A DNA stretch of 64,000 nucleotides. Origin: a virus. The notes beneath the pieces are model-generated. The model searched no databases. It worked only from the letters and a program-made list of their open reading frames with translations, and was not told where the DNA came from. Every line of letters begins with the position of its first letter. Position 1 is the stretch's first letter. The DNA is taken from positions 43,582 through 107,581 of the IMG/VR virus record IMGVR_UViG_3300045988_115450; one strand, given 5' to 3'. The translations under genes were made by a program, and so were the position numbers. Below are positions 8,015-16,246 of this stretch, in pieces.

Positions 8015-8367
8015 ATATTGAACTTGCTACAACCCAGCCTGGTGGTTGACCCGTGGGCGTTGATAACTGACCCAAACCATTAACCCAGGATTTTGTAAAA
8101 CTTTAACCGTTAACCTTTGATTCTTGAACTTTAATCTTCTGAAGATCTTTGAGCCTTGAATTTTGAAATTTTAACTTTGAAGTTTGAGCTTTACAGCAAC
8201 ATTTCTTCTATAAGAAATTAGATTAACAGTCCAATCTTTTTGTAAGCGCAAAATTTCAAGTTTTGCTTTGTAGTTGGCACATATTTGTTCATTTTTACAT
8301 CGAACCAAGTGCCGTCAGCACGATGGGTTACCGTTTTAGGTTTTCGGGTTGCAGCAAGTTGCTTATT

Positions 8368-9021
8368 TTAGTATTCTACGGTGATTGTAGTGGTCGCATT
8401 GGACACAGATAGCTGAGAATCTACATCCGCAGTAAACGTGTCAATCCAATCGCTCAAAACCTTGATTTCATTACCAATGTCAAGCGGATCAACGAGTTCA
8501 TACGTATTGTTGGCAATATACTCTTCTCTCAACCGCTTAACGACCTCAGAATCCTTGGTTGTCTTGGCCTCTTTAGGCTGGCACTGGAGGAAATTCATGA
8601 TATACTGTTCAGCTTTCGCTTCAATCCACTCGCCTTCATGTTTGGAAACCTCAGCACGGGCTCTTTCGTACTGCCGGACCATTACATCAAGCAAATCTTT
8701 CTTAGCCATGATTCCATGGCTTTTCATTTCGATGGCTTCGGCTACGGTGTAAGGTTCGCCGCCAATTACCACCGGGGTTTTGGCATTGGAGAGCACAACT
8801 GCTCTCTTAATAGCCGTCCGACGAGCAATCAAGTCCGTAACAGACTGATAATCAGACTTCATATCCTTCTTGAGGGTTTCGACCAGCACACCGCCGATCT
8901 TTTTGTCGCTCACTTTCTTACTGGCAACGAAGGTTTTACCAGAAGTAGCATTGAAAATTCTAGCGTCCAAAATTTTCAGCTCTGCAAGAGCTTTATGGAC
9001 GGTCATAGTTTCTTTGTTCAT
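8368..9021 (-). CDS. Hypothetical protein embedded in the tRNA array
   Basis: 217 aa ORF with an ATG start. No motif recognised. Confidence 0.7.
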   Translation of the reverse strand: MNKETMTVHKALAELKILDARIFNATSGKTFVASKKVSDKKIGGVLVETLKKDMKSDYQSVTDLIARRTAIKRAVVLSNAKTPVVIGGEPYTVAEAIEMKSHGIMAKKDLLDVMVRQYERARAEVSKHEGEWIEAKAEQYIMNFLQCQPKEAKTTKDSEVVKRLREEYIANNTYELVDPLDIGNEIKVLSDWIDTFTADVDSQLSVSNATTTITVEY

Positions 9022-9072
9022 ATTAGTTCCTCACTTTCTTATTTATGGAATTAGATTTTTATCGTGGTATCG

Positions 9073-9163
9073 TGGTCTCCCTGGGTGAATTCGAATCACC
9101 ATATACCTTATGAGGGCCTTCCAATTATAAGTTGGAAGCTATAACCAATTTAGCTACAGGGAG
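9073..9163 (-). tRNA. Atypical 91 nt tRNA, anticodon UAU (Ile-AUA reading) with a class II-like 19 nt variable arm, CCA encoded
   Basis: Acceptor CTCCCTG/CAGGGAG, D arm GCTA..TAGC, anticodon arm (CT)TCCAA-CTTATAA-TTGGA(AG), T arm GGTGA-TTCGAAT-TCACC. Confidence 0.6.
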
Positions 9164-9443
9164 ATATTTGTTCAGCAACCACAACCGCCCTATCAATCAG
9201 TCGGCCTAACCAAAAGATAGGGCTGGATTGTGTTGCCCAACCGTGCCTGAGAGCTTTCTTGCCTAGCCTGTACTTAACCAGGTGTCTGCAATCAATGTTT
9301 AGGTTGCTGGTTTTGACCCTCGCTCTAGAACCAGTTAACTAGAGCGATTGAGAGCTACTAGACGGAATTGCACCGCCTTGAAGTCATAAGTGAGGCGCGA
9401 GAGGAGTTACGCCCACCTCTTCACCTGCTTGGAGTAGCATATG

Positions 9444-9519
9444 TGGCACCAGCACTAAGATTCGAACTTAGAACTACGGTTTTGGAGACCGCCGTTTTTC
9501 CACTTAAAACTATGCTGGT
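9444..9519 (-). tRNA. tRNA-Trp (CCA), CCA end encoded
   Basis: Acceptor ACCAGCA/TGCTGGT, loop CTCCAAA, T arm CTAAG-TTCGAAT-CTTAG. Confidence 0.85.
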
Positions 9520-9663
9520 AAGTAAAAGCACCGTCAGCACCCGGTGCTTTTGGAGATAGCACAGACAGTACATTTTTTTAACAAAGGAGGACATTTTTTT
9601 GAGAAAGGAAGTGAACAAAACCATGCCTGGTTTGACCTATCAAAGTGCTGTTTGATGGTCTTG

Positions 9664-9755
9664 TGGCGAGGAGCTGAGGTGTCGATCCCCATACGGTTAC
9701 TAGCCGTACCAGCTGTTTTCAAGACAGCGCTGCGAGCCGTCGCAGGTAACTCCCC
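9664..9755 (-). tRNA. tRNA-Ser (UGA)-like, class II, non-canonical D and T arms
   Basis: Anticodon arm GCTGT-CTTGAAA-ACAGC, variable arm TACGG..CCGTA, acceptor GGGGAGT/GCTCCTC with two wobble pairs, CCA encoded. Confidence 0.55.
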
Positions 9756-9807
9756 ATGCACCCCATGCAATTTAATCTTGTGTTTTTTAACCGCTCACCG
9801 TGGTTAT

Positions 9808-9836
9808 ATTATATAAGATTATTTTTCAAACGTCAA
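9808..9836 (-). promoter_or_regulatory. Sigma70-type promoter driving the tRNA array
   Basis: Minus sense TTGACG-17 nt-TATAAT (-35 at 9836-9831, -10 at 9813-9808), about 50 nt upstream of tRNA-Ser. Confidence 0.65.
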
Positions 9837-9910
9837 CCCTTTTCCGCGAAACTCGTCTGACGAGTTTCGCGGTTTAAATTTTTACCCTGGGCAGCTTGCG
9901 ACTACCCAGG

Positions 9911-9950
9911 GCAAAGAAACAACCGCAGCGGAAAAAGGCAAGGCTGCGGT
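9911..9950 (-). terminator. Rho-independent terminator
   Basis: ACCGCAGC..GCTGCGGT stem followed, in minus sense, by TGTTTCTTTG. Confidence 0.55.
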
Positions 9951-9951
9951 G

Positions 9952-10113
9952 TCATTCTTCGTCTTCGATATGTAATCTGTAACCACTCTTCCATAGGGCG
10001 ATCAAAGAAATTGCAAGCGCCGTGTCAGCCAGGGATGCCAAACCCATAAGTTGCAACGGGATAGCCGCTACCATAAAGGGTAGGGATAGCAAAGCGCACA
10101 TTTCACGTTTCAT
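9952..10113 (-). CDS. Small membrane protein (53 aa)
   Basis: ATGA start/stop overlap with the upstream gene. MKREMCALLSLPFMVAAIPLQLMGLASLADTALAISLIALW is hydrophobic. The ORF is below the track size cutoff. Confidence 0.45.
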   Translation of the reverse strand: MKREMCALLSLPFMVAAIPLQLMGLASLADTALAISLIALWKSGYRLHIEDEE

Positions 10114-10376
10114 TTGATCAGCATCTCCCTCAGATAGTTGCGGATACGAACCCTAACCTCCTTCAGTTTCCCAAGGATATGAACCTGGTCTTCCAGCATA
10201 TTTTTTACCTTCTTCCGATCATCAAGAGCGGCCTGGGTGTCACACAGCGTGTTGCGGGACTCGAGTTCTTCGGCGCGTTTCTTTCTAAACTGAATATCGT
10301 ATTCTAGTTCGTTAAGCTGTTTGACTAAGGTCTTCTCGTCATTCAGCAAATCCAACAAAGCAAATTCCATTTTCAT
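10110..10376 (-). CDS. Hypothetical coiled-coil protein
   Basis: 88 aa ORF. Confidence 0.65.
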   Translation of the reverse strand: MKMEFALLDLLNDEKTLVKQLNELEYDIQFRKKRAEELESRNTLCDTQAALDDRKKVKNMLEDQVHILGKLKEVRVRIRNYLREMLIK

Positions 10377-10388
10377 TTTTATTCCTCC

Positions 10389-10721
10389 TTAATCTACGGC
10401 ATTGACTTCCCCTGTTTTCATCATTGAGACAATACCGTTCAGCTCGTTACATACGAACCGGTAGCAGGTTCTTAATACAGCATCTAGTTTCTTCTTGCTT
10501 GCCTTGATATTAACCAGCTTCATGTAATCAGCCCATGGAGAGAAGTCTGGTTCAAAAAGGCAGCATCCAGTTTTCTCTTCGCAAAATTCAAACACCCGCT
10601 TTACCTCGAAGCATTTAGATGTGTGTTCGATTCCTTTATTGACAGACCACTTCGTGGATTTTACTAAGTCTGCGCATTCGGCTAATGCGCTGTAACTATA
10701 GGTTGCTACTTCAAATTCCAT
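10389..10721 (-). CDS. Hypothetical protein
   Basis: Start set at MEFEVATY with RBS GAGGT. Confidence 0.6.
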   Translation of the reverse strand: MEFEVATYSYSALAECADLVKSTKWSVNKGIEHTSKCFEVKRVFEFCEEKTGCCLFEPDFSPWADYMKLVNIKASKKKLDAVLRTCYRFVCNELNGIVSMMKTGEVNAVD

Positions 10722-10728
10722 CTTATTA

Positions 10729-10821
10729 TTACCTCGCTTGTGCAACCACTGCAAACACACATACCCAGAAAGGCACCGCTATAGCGGTTACAATATACAT
10801 GAGGTTTCCTCTCACTTTCAT
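10729..10821 (-). CDS. Possible 30 aa single-TM peptide
   Basis: GAGGAGGA RBS, ATGA overlap with the ardA stop. MKVRGNLMYIVTAIAVPFWVCVFAVVAQAR. Confidence 0.3.
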   Translation of the reverse strand: MKVRGNLMYIVTAIAVPFWVCVFAVVAQAR

Positions 10822-11477
10822 TCCTCCTCAAAATTCAACACTCGATATTCATCGGGGATATCCTCGACACCCTCGTAGTACTCCGTAAAGCTCGACCCAT
10901 CATGCAAGACATATCCGGCGGAAGTGAAGCACCCTTCTTCTTCAGACCGGACGTCTCGACCAAAACTTTCATAGTCGATATACCTGGCCAGCGTGCCGAG
11001 CTTGTCCGTGTCGTAACAACCACTCTCCTCGATGTAGTAATAACCAAGGTCATAGTCGTTAGTTACATTAGAGAAGACCATGTAGTTATCCAAGTTATCT
11101 ATGAGGTTAATAAGGTCTTTCACAGAGTCGCCGTGATTCCCTACCTCAATAGCCGCTTCGAACAATTTAAAGTCATAATCACTCATCTCGTCCAATCTTG
11201 CCGCTAGGTAATTCAGCTCGTCCAGATTTTCGTACTCGCCGAATCCCCGACAAAGCCCAGTTACATAACAGTCATAGTCCGTAATGAACCATTCCTCATA
11301 TAGGCAACCAAAATCATCCTTCTGGCCGATCCCAATACGCTTGAACACATCCTTCATTTCTTTGGTCGTTGTGGGAAGGTGAACCCACTCACCAACCAAC
11401 ATACCCTCGTTGTACTTACCAAGATTCGTGACGTAGACAGCAAAAGGATAATCTTTGTTGTATTCAAATTTAGCCAT
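10818..11477 (-). CDS. ardA: Antirestriction protein ArdA
   Basis: YVTNLGKYNEGMLVGEWVHLP, DYDLGYYYIEESG and YIDYESFGRDV closely parallel Tn916 Orf18/ArdA as recalled. The protein is acidic. Confidence 0.85.
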   Translation of the reverse strand: MAKFEYNKDYPFAVYVTNLGKYNEGMLVGEWVHLPTTTKEMKDVFKRIGIGQKDDFGCLYEEWFITDYDCYVTGLCRGFGEYENLDELNYLAARLDEMSDYDFKLFEAAIEVGNHGDSVKDLINLIDNLDNYMVFSNVTNDYDLGYYYIEESGCYDTDKLGTLARYIDYESFGRDVRSEEEGCFTSAGYVLHDGSSFTEYYEGVEDIPDEYRVLNFEEE

Positions 11478-11489
11478 GGCGAGACCTCC

Positions 11490-11900
11490 TTACCGCACTT
11501 CAACCAACCGACCACCAATGTAATCAAACCGGGCTAGGACTTCATATTCGTGCTTGTTGTCAAGCACGAAGTAGGACGTGACAACCATTCCAGCAGGAAT
11601 GTTCCCACGATATGCAATGTAATCATGACCGCAGTCACAATCTTCCACATACCCTTCGCCATTTCCACCGGCAATCCAATCCTCTTTTACGATATAGATT
11701 GCGTTGGGGTCCAGAGCGTCATTGACGTACTGCTGGTGGGTAATCAGCTTAACCTTGTCGTCGTTAAATCTGGGCTGTTCCTGCTCAATTACCGTAGTAG
11801 CATCATCACCAGCACACTTCACCGTTACGACGATCCCCCACACTGCCATAGCTGCGATGACGATTGCCAGGATAGCGACACACTTTTTCTTGACGTTCAT
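11490..11900 (-). CDS. Membrane-anchored/secreted hypothetical protein
   Basis: 136 aa with an N-terminal hydrophobic helix KKKCVAILAIVIAAMAVWGIVV. Confidence 0.65.
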   Translation of the reverse strand: MNVKKKCVAILAIVIAAMAVWGIVVTVKCAGDDATTVIEQEQPRFNDDKVKLITHQQYVNDALDPNAIYIVKEDWIAGGNGEGYVEDCDCGHDYIAYRGNIPAGMVVTSYFVLDNKHEYEVLARFDYIGGRLVEVR

Positions 11901-11953
11901 TTTAAATTCCTCCTACCTGTTTCTTTCATTGTTACTTCCATAGGTATACCTCC

Positions 11954-12331
11954 TTACAAAACCCTGCATTCAATAACGGGGATGCCATTCTCTTCGAGCT
12001 TCTTATATGCTTCGGCTTGTTCTACCCATACCTTCTTGTCGTCTTCAAAACCATCGTGTTCCATAATGGCCTCCCTGTATTTATCCGAGTTCGTGCTACG
12101 GATGGCATACAGGAAACCATCCTTAACGAAGAAGCATTTTGCTCCGAGTGTGTTATACACGCCAATCTTTTTCAGCGTGTGCCAGAACTCAAGACTCTGG
12201 CTAAGTTGAACATCCCCTAGCTTAGTGACTCCTCTCACAATTCCGCGAGTCTTACTGTCGTCGTCTTTAATCGTGATGGTAGACTTGCCGATTTTGACGT
12301 TTCGACCGACCAAATCCATCATGCTTGCCAT
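11954..12331 (-). CDS. Hypothetical protein
   Basis: Start set at MASMMDLVG with RBS AAAGGAGAA. Confidence 0.6.
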   Translation of the reverse strand: MASMMDLVGRNVKIGKSTITIKDDDSKTRGIVRGVTKLGDVQLSQSLEFWHTLKKIGVYNTLGAKCFFVKDGFLYAIRSTNSDKYREAIMEHDGFEDDKKVWVEQAEAYKKLEENGIPVIECRVL

Positions 12332-12352
12332 GGCTATTCTCCTTTCTACCCA

Positions 12353-12384
12353 TAAGAAAAGACCGTGCTGATTAGCACGGTCTT
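12353..12384 (-). terminator. Rho-independent terminator
   Basis: AAGACCGTGC..GCACGGTCTT followed by TTTCTT in minus sense. Confidence 0.65.
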
Positions 12385-12417
12385 GCAATGGATTTATTAA
12401 CTTAAGAGTCATGGGTG

Positions 12418-12834
12418 TCAAACCCGCGCCTCTGTTCCATACAAGTGCTTTACCTTCCTGCACCCGTCTGGGACCATATCGCTTACAACGATGTTCCACC
12501 TGATACTATAGGTCTTTGTTCTGCAATATGCCTGTGTGTCTTCCGCCCATGCTTCCAAAACTGATGTGCTACTTTCTTCCGCAGCACATCTATAGCTATT
12601 CAGCATATGCGAGTGACACCCATCAAGGCCGTCATATACTTCCACGATTCCGCACTCCACTTCGTCGCCTATCTTAGTGTAAGCAAGGACATAGACGTAT
12701 GGGATTTCCTTTTCTATTATATCCCAACTCTCGCCCTGTAGCTCAGCGACTTCCATAGCGTACTCACGAGAGACATAACCTTTATCGTAGGTTGTGCCTT
12801 TGTTGGTCTTCGTGCGGATCGTGTATAGTTTCAT
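12418..12834 (-). CDS. Hypothetical protein
   Basis: 138 aa ORF. Confidence 0.65.
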   Translation of the reverse strand: MKLYTIRTKTNKGTTYDKGYVSREYAMEVAELQGESWDIIEKEIPYVYVLAYTKIGDEVECGIVEVYDGLDGCHSHMLNSYRCAAEESSTSVLEAWAEDTQAYCRTKTYSIRWNIVVSDMVPDGCRKVKHLYGTEARV

Positions 12835-12865
12835 GTCTGGCCTCCTGTCGTGTAAGTGCTACCAT

Positions 12866-12894
12866 ATTATAACACCTACACCACCAGAGGTCAA
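12866..12894 (-). promoter_or_regulatory. Sigma70-type promoter
   Basis: Minus sense TTGACC-17 nt-TATAAT. Confidence 0.6.
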
Positions 12895-12897
12895 ACG

Positions 12898-13350
12898 TTA
12901 GAAGCACTCTCTATCCCGCTCTCTTTGCTCTTTGTATTCCATGAGATACTGGGCAGCCTCTCGACACACATCACCGCCTAATTCCTGGAGGAGCTTTGAT
13001 ACCTCCGTAATCCGCGCGTCCTTTCTCTCTTCTTCTGCGAGGCACTTGTTATACACCTCATCATCACTCATCATGCCCATAGCATGATAGAGGTCACTTC
13101 TGGATTTTATACCGGACAGCCATTCCTGACCATCCTTGGACTGCAATGCTTCCGCCATCTGAACGAGAGCCTGGTTGCGACATTCACTCGTAAAAGAGCA
13201 AGCAACCCATCTCAGTAGGCAGTCCTCGCAATCAGTATGGCAACAGTACCTAGTTACCCTCTCAATAGCTTTATACCAGCTCTCGCAGGTACAGCCACAG
13301 CAACCATCCACGCGATAGCTCTCGCAATTTTTGCATACGTTCACTTCCAT
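12898..13350 (-). CDS. Cys-rich hypothetical protein
   Basis: Start at MEVNVCKNCESY with RBS GGAGGAA. Several CxxC pairs. Confidence 0.6.
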   Translation of the reverse strand: MEVNVCKNCESYRVDGCCGCTCESWYKAIERVTRYCCHTDCEDCLLRWVACSFTSECRNQALVQMAEALQSKDGQEWLSGIKSRSDLYHAMGMMSDDEVYNKCLAEEERKDARITEVSKLLQELGGDVCREAAQYLMEYKEQRERDRECF

Positions 13351-13394
13351 ATTTGTTCCTCCATTTCTAATCAAAACCACTAGTAAACTAGTGG

Positions 13395-14105
13395 TTTGCA
13401 CAGACCCTAGAAGGGTCATTACAGGCAGAGCCCCTAAAGGGGCATTGAAAAGTTTGACACCGCATTACCATTACAGGCCGCCGCTAAAGCGGCCTGTTTT
13501 TATGCCTTCCTATTCTTGCTACCCGTAAACGGGTCAATGTATTCTTTCATCGTAATCTGATCCATCATTTCATCTTCAATCAACTGATTGCGGATATACT
13601 CTTCGATCACCCGCTTGTTCTTCCCTACCGTATCTACATAATAACCACGGCACCAGAAATGTCGGCTGCCATACTTGTATTTCAGATTTGCGTGGCGATC
13701 AAAAATCATCAGTGTGCTTTTTCCCTTGAGAAACCCCATAAACTGTGATACACTCAAATGCGGAGGCATACTCACCAACATATGCACATGGTCAATGCAC
13801 GTTTCTGCTTCAATAATCTCCACTTTCTTTTCGTCGCACAACTTCCTCAAAATCTTCCCAATATCCGCCCGCAATTCTCCATAGATTGCCTTACGACGAA
13901 ATTTCGGTGCAAATACCAGATGATACTGACATCTCCATGTCGTGTGTGCTCCATGGTGCAAGTCATTCTTTCCCATATCTATAACCTCCTTTTTGTTTCT
14001 TGGTAATGCGGTCGCCAAACCTTTACCATCTTACACTAGGAGGTTATTCTTTTCTACTTTTACTGAAGTTTTTCCCACCCCCAGTAGAACTGGGGGTTTT
14101 TTCAT
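13395..14105 (-). mobile_element. IS200/IS605-family insertion sequence (IS200 type, tnpA only); ends approximate
   Basis: Y1/HUH transposase gene flanked by subterminal hairpins: GACCCT..AGGGTC, GCCCCT..AGGGGC and AGGCCGC..GCGGCCT on one side, CCCCCAGT..ACTGGGGG on the other. Confidence 0.6.
13500..13976 (-). CDS. tnpA: IS200-family Y1 (HUH) transposase TnpA
   Basis: WRCQYHLVFAPKFRRK, DHVHMLVS (HUH) and WCRGYYVDTVG (catalytic Tyr). Start at MGKNDL with RBS AGGAGG. Confidence 0.85.
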   Translation of the reverse strand: MGKNDLHHGAHTTWRCQYHLVFAPKFRRKAIYGELRADIGKILRKLCDEKKVEIIEAETCIDHVHMLVSMPPHLSVSQFMGFLKGKSTLMIFDRHANLKYKYGSRHFWCRGYYVDTVGKNKRVIEEYIRNQLIEDEMMDQITMKEYIDPFTGSKNRKA

Positions 14106-14121
14106 GCTAAAGCGCCAACGA

Positions 14122-14154
14122 CAATAAAAACGCCCGCTAAGTAATAGCGGGCGT
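14122..14154 (-). terminator. Rho-independent terminator
   Basis: ACGCCCGCT..AGCGGGCGT followed by TTTTTATT in minus sense. Confidence 0.65.
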
Positions 14155-14225
14155 TGAAGACTTATTAAACCACCGTCATGGTAAAAAGAAAGCCGTACTT
14201 AGTACGGTGGTAAGACAGGTATGTA

Positions 14226-14537
14226 TTAGTTGAACCATTCCAGTTCGTGCGGTTCCAGGGTTACGTCAAAGCAGACACAATCCCAAAACCAATTTGCGCT
14301 ATCTCCATTTTCAGCGCGGTCAATGACAAGTGCGAACTCGTTTTCCCAACTGACGTCCTTCACCAAGGTCAATCGCTCGATGTCAAAACACGGCGGAAGC
14401 TCATAATAGATATTCTCTTCTCCATAGGTAACATTCACCTCCACCTCATCTACCGAAATTTTGACCGGGACAACACCGACCCGCGCAAAACCATGAGCGC
14501 TATTTACTACTTCTGTTTTTATGTACAATTTTATCAC
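14226..14537 (-). CDS. Hypothetical protein
   Basis: 103 aa ORF. Confidence 0.65.
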   Translation of the reverse strand: MIKLYIKTEVVNSAHGFARVGVVPVKISVDEVEVNVTYGEENIYYELPPCFDIERLTLVKDVSWENEFALVIDRAENGDSANWFWDCVCFDVTLEPHELEWFN

Positions 14538-14683
14538 CCTATCCCTTTCTCTTATTGTATAATATACCGTTAGAGGAAAAAATTCCAGAGGTAAAATATT
14601 CCTCTGTTGATAGAGTGGATTGCCTAGCGCTCACCGTGCCCCTCTATTTTTATAGAGGGGTGCCGTCAACGTTAGGTATACCA

Positions 14684-15103
14684 TCAAATTCCCAGGGCAT
14701 GAACCTTCGCCTTGATGCTCTTGATAGAGCTGGCGTGGCAAGTAAAGACCACTTTCACTACCCCTTTACCACGCATGGCGGTATAAGGAATCATGATTGT
14801 CCGGAGGTAGCGCATGAACTCCATAGCAGGCTCGCCTTTCAAAACCACGTAGCACTTCTTCATATCGGGGACTCGCTGGGTCGCTGCTTCCAGCTTATTG
14901 ATGTGGTTGATACCTTCCATAGCGTCCAGAGCGCCATTCCGCGCCATGAGTTCTACGTGGGCGCGAACCAAGTTTCTGAACCGCTCCGGGTAACTATACC
15001 AGGAGAGGCCGGTCATCTTACATTCTACCACTGCGGCGATGGCTTTCTTGCCTTCTTCTTTCCAGATAAGGTTAAAGGTCTTTTCTCTTTTTTCTCCGTA
15101 TTT
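14684..15103 (-). CDS. Hypothetical protein
   Basis: Start at MKYGEKREK with RBS AGGAGGG. Confidence 0.6.
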   Translation of the reverse strand, partial: KYGEKREKTFNLIWKEEGKKAIAAVVECKMTGLSWYSYPERFRNLVRAHVELMARNGALDAMEGINHINKLEAATQRVPDMKKCYVVLKGEPAMEFMRYLRTIMIPYTAMRGKGVVKVVFTCHASSIKSIKAKVHALGI

Positions 15104-15157
15104 CATAGTTACCCTCCTAAAGTAAAACCATCCTAGCAAAACTAGGATGGTTGGTAA

Positions 15158-16144
15158 TTACAGATTAAACGCTTCTTTGTAAACCTTATACATCTTTATA
15201 GCGTTGTAATACCCTTTTTTCTGACGGAATACATCTTCCACCAGCGACTGATTCGTGTGATCAAAAACATCTACACCAGACTGTTCAATTCTGTACAGCT
15301 CGTGATACCGCCCAGACCGCCAAACATTTTGATACGTATGGCGGCGTGGGTAGCCTAGCGCTTGGTATTTTTTAGCCATTCTGCTGCATTGGTTGTTGAC
15401 TGCTGCTAGAGAATATTCTTTCCCAAACTCCTCTATTCCAACCAAAACCATTCGCTTTAAGAACGAGCCTACAGATGTGTCTTTTACCGCTTGGACCGTT
15501 CCAGAACCTTTCGTTCTAACAGAGTACTTACACGCACAATATCTTTTCAAAGTATCACAGACAGTATCAGAAAACCCGCTTGTGAGGATAGAACCATCTT
15601 GACCGTAGATAATCCTATCGTCTAAATCCACATCGTTATCTCTTAGGGCGATAATTTCTACATTATTCAATCCAATCCAGTTCAAGCAAAAAACAGGATA
15701 CTCTATATACCCTGCATCAATAGGAAGCACTTTTTTAATAGACTCCACTAAGTCAATATCGTCTTTGAATAGAGACTGCTCTAGCGGTTCTATTAACCGG
15801 ATGTCTTCTGGAGACACTTCGAAGATCCCGTCTGACACATTTACAAAAACCTTGTTTTTCTTGCACCATTTTGAATACTGTCTTAACATGCTAATAGCAC
15901 TTTTTACGGTCGCAGATTCTGCTATTCCCATAGCATGAACAGCTGCGACGCAATGGCCTTGATCCATCTGCGCAATATCTAACCTGCATTCTTCTTCATA
16001 ACTAGCTATTTTGTTAAAAACCCACGTGATAGAAGATTTCTTAGTATACCCCATCTCCTTGCAAAATCCCATTTTAACATCCTCGTTATACAAGATACCA
16101 CCACCTTTTAGGCAATGATACCATGTATAATCAAAATCCGTCAA
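15158..16144 (-). CDS. Hypothetical protein (possibly a degenerate recombinase-like fold)
   Basis: 328 aa ORF. No intact catalytic motif seen. Confidence 0.6.
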   Translation of the reverse strand: MTDFDYTWYHCLKGGGILYNEDVKMGFCKEMGYTKKSSITWVFNKIASYEEECRLDIAQMDQGHCVAAVHAMGIAESATVKSAISMLRQYSKWCKKNKVFVNVSDGIFEVSPEDIRLIEPLEQSLFKDDIDLVESIKKVLPIDAGYIEYPVFCLNWIGLNNVEIIALRDNDVDLDDRIIYGQDGSILTSGFSDTVCDTLKRYCACKYSVRTKGSGTVQAVKDTSVGSFLKRMVLVGIEEFGKEYSLAAVNNQCSRMAKKYQALGYPRRHTYQNVWRSGRYHELYRIEQSGVDVFDHTNQSLVEDVFRQKKGYYNAIKMYKVYKEAFNL

Positions 16145-16246
16145 GCGGAAGTTATTACAACAATAGCGCCGTTGCGCACCACCTCCATTTGTGATATGAT
16201 TAGTGTACCCTTCCAGGGAGGGTCGAAGCCCTCCCCTTTAGGGCGG

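Noticed and set aside
9164-9443. tmRNA or RNase P RNA in the tRNA-array spacers
   Set aside because: I could not find a tRNA-like acceptor/T-arm pair with a tag ORF ending in a stop. I also could not find the conserved RNase P GAGGAAAGUCC-type core.
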